A stretch of 64,000 nucleotides of DNA, taken from the NCBI GenBank assembly GCA_951406725.2, contig OX597818.1, positions 31,744,001 through 31,808,000 on the forward strand. Direction: 5' to 3'. Within the stretch, counting starts at the first letter, position 1; each line of letters starts with the position of its first letter. The notes beneath the pieces are model-generated. The model saw only the letters and a program-made list of their open reading frames with translations, searched no databases and had not been told where the DNA came from. Made by a program: the position numbers and the translations under genes. Of this stretch, positions 28,603-41,817 are shown one piece after another. Source of the DNA: Octopus vulgaris. Its lineage: Eukaryota.

Positions 28603-28685
28603 ATCTATCTGTCTGTCTGTTTGTCTGCTTGTCCGTCCATCTATCTAAATATCTATCTATCTATTTATCTGTCTGTCTGTCTGTC
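28287..28685. repeat. (CTAT)n/(CTGT)n compound microsatellite (similar arrays at 26326-26384, 26829-26945, 46598-46705, 51020-51160)
   Basis: Directly visible. Confidence 0.97.
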
Positions 28686-29088
28686 TTTGTCCCCCCTCTC
28701 TCTCTCATTGAATGTTTGTCTGTATGTCTCAATGTATGCTATTTAATACTCAAGCTCCCTCTCCAGCTATCGTATCTATGCATTTTCCTTTTTTCTTAAT
28801 TTTAGGATTAATAGATTTTGTTCTTTGCCGTGATTTGCATCCGTTGCCATATTTGTTTGCACATTTTCCCCCTTTGTATCAAGTTTTAATTTTACTTTTC
28901 ATTATCTTCTTTCTGTCAAAGATATATTCAGTAAGACTATGCTCCGTTTTGTATGATGCACCGATTCAATTTTTTTACAACACCATTGATTTGATTTTTA
29001 CAATACAACATTTAATCGATATATAGACGAAGCGGAATATGCTAGAAAAGCAATCAGGGAAAATAACAGCTACACAAACACGCACACA

Positions 29089-29123
<35 letters not shown>

Positions 29124-29559
29124 ATGCATGTATAAATATATAGCTGATGAGGGAAAAAAAATACATGAAAAGTAAAATATATTTTGACTCAAGATACAGA
29201 ATGTAAACAAGCATGGACAAATAGAACTAAACAGCGAAATCAGCATGTCACCTAATTAAACGAAAACAACAGAACATAGCAATTAGTAAGGTGCAATGAG
29301 GAGATGTCGGCATAGTAAATAGTGCAAAGCTGTGAATATTGTTTGTGCAAAAAAGAGACCAGCCTAATGAGGACTAATAAATAAGCAATGGCCTACATTC
29401 GTGATACACCCACACGCATGCACACACGCACACACACACACACACACACATACACCAGATGCATTCAGAGATATACACACACACACACTCTCGCAAACAC
29501 ATGCATGCATATGTTGCGTTACATTCGTACGTTTATTCATTCATGCATACACTTTGACA

Positions 29560-29805
29560 TACAAACGAGCTGCGCTTACCAACAGCTGCAAAGACAACTA
29601 TTACAAGAAAACACAGCAAGACCTAAAGGTATTGATAAGCAGAAGGGTTCCGTTAGCAACGACCGAAACAACCAAAGAAAGAAACAAAAGGGTGCATATC
29701 AACAAAACAGTACATACCAGAATTGTTAGCAACGTCTTTAAGACTGTAAGACACCCAGTCAGAATTGGCAGTAACATATCTTTTATGTCATACGTGAAGG
29801 TTTAA
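29560..29805 (+). mobile_element. Possible decayed Penelope RT thumb/linker fragment
   Basis: KRAALTNSCKDNYYKKTQQDLKVL...ISFMSYVK resembles the RA..I..E..L / LPYVKG segment seen at 39030-39205. Confidence 0.35.
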
Positions 29806-29878
29806 ATCAGGGGTCGGCGAAAATTTTATAACCAATTACCCCAAATATATTTATTTACGCCGACGTTACTCCCTTGAT

Positions 29879-30225
29879 TGCAGCTACGTTCTGAGTTCAA
29901 ATTCCGCCGAGGTCGACTTTGCCTTTCATCCTTTCGGGGTCGATAAATAAAGTACCAGTTACGCACTGGTTTCGATGTAATCGGCTTAATCTGTTTGTCT
30001 GTCCTTGTTTGTCTCCTCTGTATGTAGCCCTTTGTGGGCAGTAAAGAAACAGGTATTTCGTCTGCCGCTAAGTTCTGAGTTCAAATTCCGCCGAAGTCGA
30101 CTTTGCCTTTCATCCTTTCGGGGTCGATTAAATAAGTACCAGATACGCACTGGGGTCGATATAATCGACTTAATCCGTTTGTCTGTCCTGGTTTGTCCCC
30201 TTTGTGTCTAGGCCTTTGTGGGTAG
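29879..30225 (+). mobile_element. SINE family B, head-less tandem dimer
   Basis: Two ~180-bp tandem units, each with B box GAGTTCAAATTCC, Meta-like core and CCTTTGTGGG tail. Confidence 0.9.
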
Positions 30226-30329
30226 TTATAGGTTCATTTAGTAAAGTAGCTTTAAATATATTATGCCTGAGGAACCGCTACATTAACGCTCGTTCTGCTA
30301 AAATACAGGAATAAGTTTCCATTATATAC

Positions 30330-30718
30330 ATTCTTTTCTACTCTAGGCACAAGGCCCGAAATTTTTTTGAGGGAGAGTCAGTCGATTAGATCGACTCCAG
30401 TACGCAACTGGTACTTAATTTATCGACCCCAAAAGGATGAAAGGCAAAGTCGACCTCGGCGGAATTTGAACTCAGAACGTAAAGGTAGACGAAATACTAC
30501 CCACAAGGGCTAAACACAGAGAGGACAAACAAGGACAGACAAAGGGATGAATTCGATTACGTCGACCCCAGTGCGTAACTGGTACTTAATTTATCGACCC
30601 CGAAAAGATGAAAGGCAAAGTTGACCTCTGCGTAATTTGAACTCAGAACGTAGCGACATATGGAATACCACTAAGCATTTCGCCCGGCGTGCTAACGGTT
30701 CTGCCAGCTCGCCGCCTT
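30330..30718 (-). mobile_element. SINE family B, dimer with complete head and two different tails
   Basis: Head AAGGCGGCGAGCTGGCAGAACCGTTAG, core, tail 1 (CCCTTGTGGG), second core, tail 2 (GGGCCTTGTGCCTAGAGTAGAAAAG). Confidence 0.92.
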
Positions 30719-30960
30719 CCATTATATATAATTACCTTCTTAAAGGAAGCAAGCATGCTTGTGAAATACTGTTCCAGGTAATCAAAATAATGGGATGGTC
30801 ATGGCTGGAATATCTTTAAACCAAAGTCTACTTGATCAAAGTTGACTTTGGCGTTAAAGACCAACTACAATATCGAGCTAAATCACACCAAGGTACAATC
30901 TAAAACATACGAACATGGAGATGTCTCAAGCGATGCTTGACATATATATAGACATATATA

Positions 30961-31123
30961 CGACGGGCTTCCTTCAGTTTCCGTCTACTAAATCTACTCA
31001 CAAGGCTTTGGTCGGTCCGAGGCTACAGTTGAAGACACTTGCCCAAGGTGCCACGCAGTGGGAATGAATCCGGAACCATGTGGTTGGTAAGCAAGGTACT
31101 TACCACACAACCACTCCAGCGCC
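30961..31123 (-). mobile_element. SINE family A, 5' half
   Basis: Matches 59663-59826. Confidence 0.9.
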
Positions 31124-31669
31124 TATACGTATGAACTTTTGAGGAAGCATAGACATCAGGGTCGATAGTTCCCAACCCTTACAATATATTCAGGATAAAA
31201 ATCTCACTCCAAACGATACACAGACACCATTCCCGCCGAGCATACAATGTATACAACTATGTAGAGACTATGTGCGAGAAAATCAAGTGACATCTGTAAG
31301 AGGCTAATGTCACTGTAGACATATACCAGCCTATCGAGTTGAGCCTTTAGGAAAGATGTGTTTGTGTGAGTATGTACCAGTGAATGTGTGTGCCTGTGTG
31401 TGTATGAGGGAGGCTCTGTGTGTTTGTGTGTATGCATATATATATATATATATATATATACATACACACAATTATTCTACCAATTATATACGTTTTTATA
31501 AATTTTTTGCAATTTACTTAATCTTTGGTATTTTATTGTTATTTCTATTATATGTAATTTATATGTAATTTTATATGTTATTTCTAATATATGTAATTTA
31601 TATGTAATTTTCTAGATGGTGTAATTTAATTGTTCATTTTGAATTGATAAAAGGTGTTTTTTTCTAATC

Positions 31670-31700
<31 letters not shown>

Positions 31701-31774
31701 TATATTGTGTGAGATTTGATTTAGTATTTCTAAATTGAATTTTTTACCTGTAAGTTAGGATTAATATTCCGTCA

Positions 31775-31901
<127 letters not shown>

Positions 31902-32153
31902 GGGTTTGTATGATTGTGTATAGAGGGATATATATTATTCAAAGAAATTCCAACTCTGTTTGTTTATGTTTTATTTATATTCTTTATGATATTAACGTAG
32001 AATATAGAATATATAGTATAAATAATATATATATAGTAAAATGAAATGAAGTATTGATTGTCTTATTGAATAGATGAAATACTGAATATCAAATATTTAG
32101 GGACTAGTATACTTTCTTGCATTATAGAAGTCTTCAAGGTCCCAGGTTGTAAC

Positions 32154-32212
<59 letters not shown>

Positions 32213-33224
32213 CATGTATGTGTGTGTGTATGCATGTATGTGTGTGTGTCTCACGCATTCACTTCGACCTGGTTGACCACTAACCTATTACTTACTGGCT
32301 GACGCTATCACGTATCCATAAATACATAGAGACAATGAAAAGTAGAAAGGATTAAACGTATAAGGAATTTTAAATAACAAATAACGAGAACTTAAACTAT
32401 AAACAAGTAGTATAATAGAACAGAATGGACCAGAAATAAGGAGCAAACATAATGCCACTTCGTTGTGACCTTTAATTGAAATGAGCCACGTGGTTAGAAG
32501 GCGTAAAATATATATACAAACAATAAGCGTAATAGTTTGTTGTGTAGATTTATAGTAGCCTGTAAGATTATCTCAATTTGAACTATAAACAACACCGCCC
32601 ACCGCCACTACAAATGCCTAGTGTTATATATTCCTATTTCATCTGTTAACTGGGGTATTTTGTTTTAGATAAATACTGGTGTATCAAATAGCATACAACT
32701 TGAATTCTTGTTTTATTAATTAATCAAAATTATCTCCGTCCCCGAAGAATGTATATAGTTGAATTTTATCATTTGGAATAAAAATTAAATGGGGTTTCTC
32801 TTGGTGACTGTGACACTTTGGCAATATCTACTGAAGAAGCATAGAGTTTGTCTAAGAATTGTCAGTAGGTGTACGAACAGAAGGTGATTAATCCCCTTAA
32901 TTCCCTTTATCCAGCTTTAGGTGTTTGGTATTGAAAATTCAAATGGAAATCCTCAGATAGGCTGTAAAGGCAATTAGTGTTTACAGAACGATAAAAGGGT
33001 GTATGAGTGAACGGGTGACAGAAAGTGAGTGGGACACGAGTCAAAGGGGGATATTTAGAAACTGTGAATGAATTAAAAATCCAGATATGAATGAGAGAGG
33101 AAGAGAGAGAGAGAGAGAGAGAGAGAAACAGAGAGAGACAGAGAAAGAGAGTGAGAGTGAGTGAGAGAGGAAGAGAGCGAGGGAGAAAGAAATCAAAAGC
33201 AATTTATTTTATAGAAATGAGTAG

Positions 33225-33560
33225 TTTGTTGCATCTAACCATATCAGGGAAGCGCTCCAACTAGAACCACTACTTCTCAGAATTAAGAGAGCACAGTTCA
33301 GATACAACGGTCGTATGGAAAGAATGTTGCAGATAAGGGTCGCTAGACTAGTTTTACGTGCAAAACCAACGGGCAAGACACCTAAAAGTAGACCACGGAA
33401 AAGATGGCTGGATAACCTCCATAAGTTCGGTTGGTCTCGCATGGAAAACCATCTGGAACTGGAGTCGGTTCCTTCAAACAAAACCCGATGAAAGGCGTAC
33501 TTGAGGACTCTGTCCCCAACGACGCTCTAAGGAATAAGTGAGCAAACAAGATGAGATGAG
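33225..33560 (+). mobile_element. RTE-clade (Rex3/Expander-like) LINE 3' end, decayed
   Basis: SNHIREALQLEPLLLRIKRAQFRYNGRMERM...ARLVLRAKPTGKTPKSRPRKRWLDNL. Confidence 0.8.
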
Positions 33561-34096
33561 TAGCTTATATTTTTAAAGGAAAGGACACAAGAACAGTGAG
33601 GTTCATATACACATTTTATGTTTACGGACCAACTGAGCTTTATGAAATTAATTCAGTAGAATAATGAACTGGCCCTTTAAGATGACCGTTGAAATCCTGG
33701 ACTCAAGAAACTAAAGATACCAGACAAGCATCGTATTCGATTACAAATCGGCTGTTCGCCCTCCTACATGTTCGAATCTTGTCCCTGTAAAAGAAATTAA
33801 TTTTTCAAAATATTTTTTCAGACCTAGTTGATAAAAGATGTTCAGGTTTTCTATTTCTTCCAGCCATATCACCCTTCCTCTTCACACTTTCCATTTCTCA
33901 GTGTAACTGTCTGTTTATCGCTTCACCTATCTCTTATTGCGTCCTTCCTTCCTTGGTTTCCTGTTTCCTCGTTTCGTTTCATATTTTCAATGAAATAGGA
34001 TTTAAAACATTTTATATAAATTTAAAAAATTTTATTTTCTCATTTTTGGTATTTTTCGGTTATGTTTATAAAAGTTAAGGCCACACACAAAACGCA

Positions 34097-34164
<68 letters not shown>

Positions 34165-34997
34165 TAATAATAATAGTAACACTAATAATAATGAGAAGAA
34201 GCAGAAAAAGAGAAATAATGCCAAATGCCAAATTGGAAGTCAATTTCACAAACAAAACAGAAATAAAAATACAAAAAATGGAAAGGAATAAAGCCACCAG
34301 AGAGATGACTCGAGGTGAAATTCTACAGTAACAAAATCCTACTTCATCTGTTAGCAAATCTGATGCCTAAGCTGACTAGACTGCGTTGACATTTCAAAGA
34401 TGCCGACTTGACTTGATTGTGTGCTTTTTTTTTTTTGTTTCTGTGGGACTGGAGATATTAAATATATTCTGGTGAATAAATGAGGTTGATAAATTTAATA
34501 TTTTGTTTAGGTTTTGAGGTGTAACTTCGCAAAATTACTTCATCTGTCAGTTGTAGAATAATATCAACAGGGAGCAAAAGGTTGAGGTAAAGACAGACAC
34601 TAATGATTTCTTATAAATCTTGATGTCGTGTGTGTGTGTGGGTGTGTGTGTGTGTGTGATGTGGCCAGGGAGTGAGAGCTGAAAGTTATGGCACTTATAG
34701 AATTTCTAATTACATTTATGCAGTTAGGTAAAACCATACCCAATAGGGAATCGAAATCGAGTTGCGGACTTCATTGCCGACCAATCAACTGCCTGTCATG
34801 CCATGTCTGTCTGTCTGCCTGTCTGCCTGTCTGCCTGTCTGTATGTTTGTCTGTCTGTCTGTCTGTCTGTCAGTCTGTCTATCTATCTATCTATATATAT
34901 ATATATATATATACACATACTCGTTTTGAGTTCTATTTTTCCTGTTTACGTTGTCAAACCAGTATATATACATGCATACATATACATACATACATAT

Positions 34998-35050
<53 letters not shown>

Positions 35051-35125
35051 AATATATATAATTATATATATATATGTATTTATATGAAATATATATAATT
35101 ATATAATTATATATATTTTTTCCCT

Positions 35126-35370
35126 CTAGTTTCAGCTCAGAGCTGCGGCCATGCTGATGCACCGCCGTTTTGTGCTACACTGTTATTACTAAGAACCTCC
35201 TCTAATATGTGGCACTTGGTGAAGAATGGAGTTTGATATAGCTACTCTCATTTGTACCTCTTGCCGTGAGGTAGGTTCATCTGGGACTCTTGACAGGAAG
35301 ATGTCCAGCTTTGATTTAAAAACCGCTACATCTACTTTGTGCAAGTTCCTCAGACTCTTTGGGAGAATAT
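35126..35370 (-). mobile_element. CR1-group LINE 3' end with complete 3' UTR
   Basis: ILPKSLRNLHKVDVAVFKSKLDIFLSRVPDEPTSRQEVQMRVAISNSILHQ...*; a second copy lies at 51625-51795 (+). Confidence 0.8.
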
Positions 35371-35381
35371 TATATATATAT

Positions 35382-35789
35382 AATTATAATTTAGGGTATT
35401 TAAGAGGTACCACCACGCTGGAAATAACAGCCAAAACTTGACTCTAAAACCACATTAAATGTTCACACAGCACCTGAGTACATTCGACTGATGAAGGCAA
35501 AGCGCTTCTTTATGCAGAACCAGAAATCCAGAATCTAGAATTATCCAGCATTTTTTTTTTTTTTTTGCTTGCTTATTTTGTCTCTTGTCTTCTTTCCTGG
35601 TGCTGTATGAACATTTAATGTGGTTTTAGAGTCATGTTTTGACTGCTATTTCCAGCGTGTGGGTATCTCTTAGATACCCTAAATTATAATTTTAATAATA
35701 ATTATTACCTTTGAAGGTTTTTATTCCGATGCTGGCCACCTGATAAGATCGGTATTTAAATAACGATCTTATCCTTATTTGTATAAATT

Positions 35790-35790
<1 letters not shown>
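35382..35790. mobile_element. Penelope-pLTR-like fold-back unit between (TA)n tracts; arms 35382-35474 / 35599-35691
   Basis: ~93-bp inverted arms, one-sided extension, CTGATGAAGG...CCAGAAA hammerhead-like remnant in the spacer (from 35488). Confidence 0.65.
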
Positions 35791-35825
<35 letters not shown>

Positions 35826-35896
35826 ATTATATATTAACAGATACATATGTTTGTTATGTCTATATGTTTGTATATGTCTATTTGTATATATATATG

Positions 35897-35946
<50 letters not shown>

Positions 35947-36592
35947 TTTGCATTCCTTTCAATAGGCTCAATTCCTAAAAGACTGGAAATCGAAATGTCT
36001 ATGATCCACCTACATTGTATTTTTTATTGACGTTATGCATCTAGAAACAGAGTTTCTATATTGGAACTGAAACTGATTTCAGAATTTGACATACATGGAA
36101 CTAATTTCTCACTTAAGTTCTTATACACCTTATACTCCTTAATTTGGGTATCATGTGTAAAACTTACACGAACGAAGTATTCGCAAGCAACAAACCGTCA
36201 GTTGAACAATTGAAAAATCCAGTCAATTGTTTCCAAATCACGTGCTCCGTATTTAATTCAGGAAGTAAGTGTTGTATAAAGTAATCTTGATCCTCCAGCA
36301 TGGCCGCAGTCAAATGACTGAAAAGTGTAAAAGAATTAAGGAATACGAAAAGATGAACACGGGTAGAATAACTACTTGAAGCACTGAAATCTACTTAAAT
36401 GTTTTTTTAAGGCTAAGTTCTTTTGCATAGCCCAAGTCCACTTATGTCATACCGAACTGTACTATCAAATTATGGACAACTTCAGCCTTACATATGAAAG
36501 TCTTTATCAACATAAAGAGATTCTCCCAAATTATGGAGCCCAATTTCATGATTACAAATTTCACTTATTTTTGATATTTTCCTATGAATCTT

Positions 36593-36792
36593 AGGCGGCG
36601 AGCAGGGAGAGTCGTTGGCACGCCGGACAAAATGCTTAGCAGCATTTCGTCTTCGTTCTGCACTTTAATTTCCCCGAGGTCCACTTTATCATCTTTTCGG
36701 AAGATAAAATAAGTACCAGTTGAAAAGTAGGGTCGATGTAATCGACTTAATCCCTCTCCTGAAATTTTCGGCTTGCTGCCAAAATTTGAAAC
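36593..36792 (+). mobile_element. SINE family B, degenerate full length
   Basis: Head, core and GCCAAAATTTGAAA tail. Confidence 0.8.
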
Positions 36793-37249
36793 TACAAATT
36801 ATCGCTGTTAAGGAATTTTAATGCAGTCTTTTTTCTGCACTAAAACAGCAAGCGGACAGTCATTGTAGAAATAAAGAATTAAGGTGTTTTTCCTCACCAT
36901 ATTTTGATTATTATGGAACTGGAGTTGCATTCAGTGGAATTTTGGCTACTTTTATGGAAACTTGATGAACATTGTGTCTTACAGTAAGGTGCCGCTTGTT
37001 TTGTTTCAGCCCTGGTATGTCGAATTCTGCATATGTTCCATTTGCCAGAAACAAGGAGAAGGTATAAGAATATATTTTTTAGAACTAATGCACATAAAAT
37101 AACGTGGTGGGGTGAAGATTGATTTAGTCCAACTAGATTAGCCTCTGACCTGTGGACTCTGTCCATAAGTGCAAACAGTCGGAATAACCAATAATCCATA
37201 CCTAATGAGGATAACATTACAAATTATCAATTAATATGGTAATTATTGT

Positions 37250-37450
37250 TAAGGCAGAATCGATACCGCGCTGGGCAAAATGCTAAGCGGCATTTCGTCC
37301 GTCTTTACGTTCTGAGTTCAAATTCCACCGAGGTCAACTTTACTTTCATCTTTTTGGGGTCGATAAAATAAGTACCACTTGAGCACTGGGGTCGACGTAA
37401 TCGACTTACGCTCTCCCTGAAATTGTTGGCCTTGAAATAAAATTTGGAAC
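37250..37450 (+). mobile_element. SINE family B
   Basis: B box GAGTTCAAATTCC, core and tail. Confidence 0.85.
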
Positions 37451-38089
37451 TAATATGATATTTAGTGTAATAGAGTTGTTGTATGCGTTCGTAGATTAAT
37501 ATATATTTTAATATAGTTATTAATAATAATACTCACGTATCACTGTATTTTATTATTTGGAATATATTATACCCTATATTTGTTCATAGTGATGAAATGC
37601 ATCTGGAATTATTGCTAGCTACAGCAGGGGCGATACTTCGAGTCCCTCCGAAGCATATTGAGCAGAACGTCTATACCGAAATAGACTAAAACCGAAATCG
37701 CGTGGCTGTCATTCACATTATTCACATACGTAAAAACATACATAATTACATATATACATACATATATTTATTTATTTATTTATTTTCACACACACACGCA
37801 CTCACGTATGTATGCATATATATATATACATATGTGTATGTGTGTATGTATGTATGTGTATGTGTGAATATATTTATGCGTGTGTTTGTGAATATATCTT
37901 ATGTGTGTGTGTCTATGTGTCTGTGTTTGTCCCCCACGTCCCCGTAACTTAGCGGTTGGGCAAAGATAACTACAGAATAAGAACCAGGCTTGAAAAAATG
38001 TTCTGACGTCGATTCAATCAACTAAAATTTCTTCAAAGCGATGTCCCAAGATAGCTGCAGTCTCAGACAAGTAAAGCATAAAAGATACC

Positions 38090-38176
<87 letters not shown>

Positions 38177-38497
38177 TTATATATTAACAGTCACACACAC
38201 TCGAATCTCCTGCAAATTAACATGGGTTCCCATGACGACAATTTAAGCTTCTTTTGATTACGGTATCTTTGACCTAACGAGTAGCTAGCGGATTATCCCT
38301 CGTTCCGGTAATTACTACCTCCGTGGTTCTGCTAGCGAAGAAACATATGTAACCTGGATTTTATCTACACCGTTCCTTAATTTTGGGTTTCTATTCGCAT
38401 ACACTACAGCCCCAGCTGCTAACCGTAAACTATAAAACAATTTTATCAGCTTATCGAACTTCGCTATGGGAAAAAAATTACAACATTCTACGTGAAA

Positions 38498-39250
38498 ATT
38501 ATTTACATTATTTACATTATTTACATTTGACGATATTTGTCCTCATCTTGTTTGGACGCACTAGTATACCAATAAAAAGTTGATGGAAATGTTGGCCTTC
38601 TGTGTAGAAACTACCTATTTCAGTATAGACACTGATATATATCGACAAGAAGAGGGTTTAACTATGGGTTCGCCATTATCACCGATAATAGCCAATGTAT
38701 ACATGGCATACGTTGAGAATTTGGCTTTAGGATGAACACCACTAAAACCAACTGCTGCGATATGTTGATGACACCTTTATTCTCTGGCCTCACCAGGAAG
38801 ATGTCCAAGTGCTGTTAGATCATGTGAACTCAATAAAGACATCCATACATTTCACAATGGAAAAGGAAAAAGGCAATGAGCTAGCATTCCTGGACGTATT
38901 AATAACACGCACCAAGAATGGATTCAGGTCATCCATATACCGCAAGCCGACCTTCATTGGACGATACCTTAACTCCAACTCACACCATCCATACAGTGTA
39001 AAGAGAGGAATTGCTCAGTGCCTAAAACTTCGAGCAATGAATATAAGTAATGATCAAGATACCCACCACGAAGAAATGATCAAGCTCAGTAACAATCTAT
39101 TAAGCAACAACTACCCCCAAAAACATACTATCTACTCCAATTATGAAGAAAAGAGGGGATGAAACCGATAAACAGTCCACAGTTTGTCTACCCTATGTGA
39201 AAGGCCTCTCCGAAAAGATACAAAAGATATGCGGCTCATATGACATCAGC
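38498..39250 (+). mobile_element. Penelope-like element (Poseidon-type) remnant: inverted terminal segment (38498-38554) fused to a 5'-truncated RT pseudogene (38555-39250)
   Basis: RTSIPIK/LMEMLAFCVETTYF..YRQEEGLTMGSPLSPIIANVYM, LRYVDDTF, IHFTMEKE..LAFLDVLI, IYRKPT..RYLNSNSHHP, VCLPYVKGLSEKI; stops and frameshifts; GIY-YIG part missing. Confidence 0.92.
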
Positions 39251-39277
39251 CAAGTAAAAGAATAGAATATATATATA

Positions 39278-40180
39278 CAAAGTGGATGGAAAAACAGTCA
39301 TTAGAAGTTGCTTATAAAATTTTAAATATTACAGGAAGTCATGACGAAAGCATTTTTTAAACAGACAACTCTAATGGGGATATTTTTAATTTTCTTATTT
39401 TAACTTATTTCTTATTTTTTATTCTTCAGATGGCCAGTCGCTTGACTCTTTTGGGTGCGAGCTGAGACAGTAGCACGCTATGAAGTGTGGAATTCCATTA
39501 TTTTGGTTCAGAGATGGTGGCCTGCATGGAGCGTTAAGCATGCAACACTACGTCATGTGACAATAAAAAGTTGTCATGGAAAGCAGATGACCACGGGCTC
39601 TGTGACCGATGCAAGAAGTGGTCGTCCAACCACATCCCGATCAACGGAGAACGTGGTAACTGTTCAGGAAATGTTTAATCACAGTCCGCAAGAATCAACA
39701 GATCAAGCACCACGTGAAAGTGGACTAACAAAATACACAAAATCGAACTGTGTTGCATTAAGAATTGTATTTTCGTCCATGGGAAACCCATTACATGCTG
39801 GAGTTAAAATCTGAAGACTGTGACTGCAGAGGTTTAGGAATCCAGAACTCTAAGAAGTCCAGATCTCATTCTATGTGATTTTTACCTGTGGGGTTACATA
39901 AAAGAGGTGTACAAGACAAACTCGCACACTGGAGGACTTGCAGACACGGATTCAGGAGGTTCTCAATGATATCCCAGACGACATCTTTCAGAATGTTATT
40001 CATTTCATCCCTGGCCGTTTGAGGAAACTGGTTGACACCAACGGAGCTGACGTTGAAATATGAAGATTTACTTTCATTTTCCCATGTAATAAGGAACATG
40101 TATAATTTATTTCAATAAATTTTAAAAAGAAATATGGATTTTATTACAAATTTTCAATGCCTACATACTTTTTATCCACC

Positions 40181-40183
<3 letters not shown>
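39278..40183 (+). mobile_element. Internally deleted Tc1/mariner-superfamily element (DUF4817-type HTH, DD41D-like)
   Basis: N-terminal ...TTGSVTDARSGRPTTSRSTENV...SPQEST; C-terminal RSPDL../DFYLWGYIKE; degenerate TIRs TACAAAGTGGAT / ATCCACCCTGTA. Confidence 0.8.
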
Positions 40184-40230
<47 letters not shown>

Positions 40231-41045
40231 AGTGTACACTGTATTTATATGAATAATATATAGCCTATTGACTAATTTTTCTACACGCTAGGCCACTGGT
40301 AGTAAAAATTTCTAAAATTTTTCTTACCCTGATATTATTAATTATATATGTGTGTGTGTTTGTGTGTGCGTGCGTATATATATATATATATAATGCCACC
40401 AGCCTACAACCACGCACCAGCTTACACGCACACGTATCCACACACATAGCCCCTACACGTGCATACATAGCAGACACACTAATCAACGCATTCATACAAG
40501 CAAACACAGACACACACGCACATATATGTATATATGTATATACATATGTGTGTGTGTGCGTGCGATATGTGTGTCTGTGTGTATACAAACACGCATACAG
40601 TAACATCGGCTTATAAAACGTGGGTGGGGTTTGGAAGTGCTAGAGAAAGAGAAAGTAGTGAAATAGATACAGATAAGAAATAGAAGGGAAGAGAAATGGA
40701 TTAGAATGTAACTATGGGAGAGTAAAAGAAGAGCAGAGAATACAGAAAGCTTTGGAAGTTGGAGTGGAAGAGGAGAGGGGGGCTTAACATTTTGTAACAT
40801 AGTGTAATAGATGGCTTTTTCGACCAGAAAATCAAATTTAAAATGAAATAATCGCTATAAAGCAAAAAGCGATATGAGATTTTAGTTTAACCCTATATTT
40901 AATCTCTTCGCCAAATGCTGTCCCATTAGTTGAAACTTTTAAAATTTAATTTAAGCCTTGTTCGAATCTTTTATATAATTTAACTTCATATTTGCAATCA
41001 TTGTTCATCTTATTGTTGCTGTAAGTGACAGTGGATTCTTCATAC

Positions 41046-41072
41046 CTTGCCCCCTTTCCTTGGCTTTCTCAT
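41046..41072 (-). CDS. Speculative first coding exon MRKPRKGGK (phase 0)
   Basis: GAA-ATG followed by 9 codons and donor AAG|GTATGA; phase-compatible with 26065-26163. Confidence 0.2.
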
Positions 41073-41770
41073 TTCAGTTTTGTATATTTTTTGTATGAGT
41101 GTTTTTTCTTTCTTTCTATCTTTTGCTCTTTTTGTCTTTCGCTTGATTTTCCAATTCCATTTTAACGTACTGATGAGAAGGATAGTAATAAAATTATCGC
41201 CGAATTCTGATTTCTGCAAAGGAAGCTTTTGTGTCACCAAAGATTTGTTCTCTTAAATAACAGAAATAACAAGACGACATCGCAAAGCCCCCTACCTTCC
41301 ACAGTAGCCGTCATATCTTTCAAAATTTGAAAAGAAAAAGGAAAAAATATGGAAGAATTGGATGAAAGTTTAACCGTCCAACTTCCACTGGGAATAGCCA
41401 AATTTCATAGATGACATGATGGAATTTCTTTCCTCTACAACAATTTAGATTTTCTTCTTAATATTTGAAAATTTATCTTATTTTATTTTGTATATCGAAT
41501 ATAATTTTTAGAAACATCAACAAAATAAAACGAAAAATGTCCAGATAGTTCCAAACTATTTTAATCCTTAACAAAATATCATGATTAGACCTAATACAAA
41601 TTTAATCGTTTCTTAACTTCTTCCATTGCTTCTTTTAATATTTTTTGTCTTCTTTTTAGTTTTAGATTTTTTAAAAACGTCATATCAAAAACTATTTCAC
41701 ATCTTTCAGTCGCTCGTTCTCTCATTCGGTTACACTCTCATACACACAAAAACAAATAAACACACACACA

Positions 41771-41817
<47 letters not shown>

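Noticed and set aside
29808-29875. CAGGGGTCGGCGAA hAT/Charlie-like terminus
   Set aside because: No matching second TIR or 8-bp TSD found nearby.
29879-30718. Repeated ~180-bp units as a possible CRISPR-like or satellite array
   Set aside because: They are copies of a dispersed SINE; no repeat-spacer structure and a eukaryotic context.
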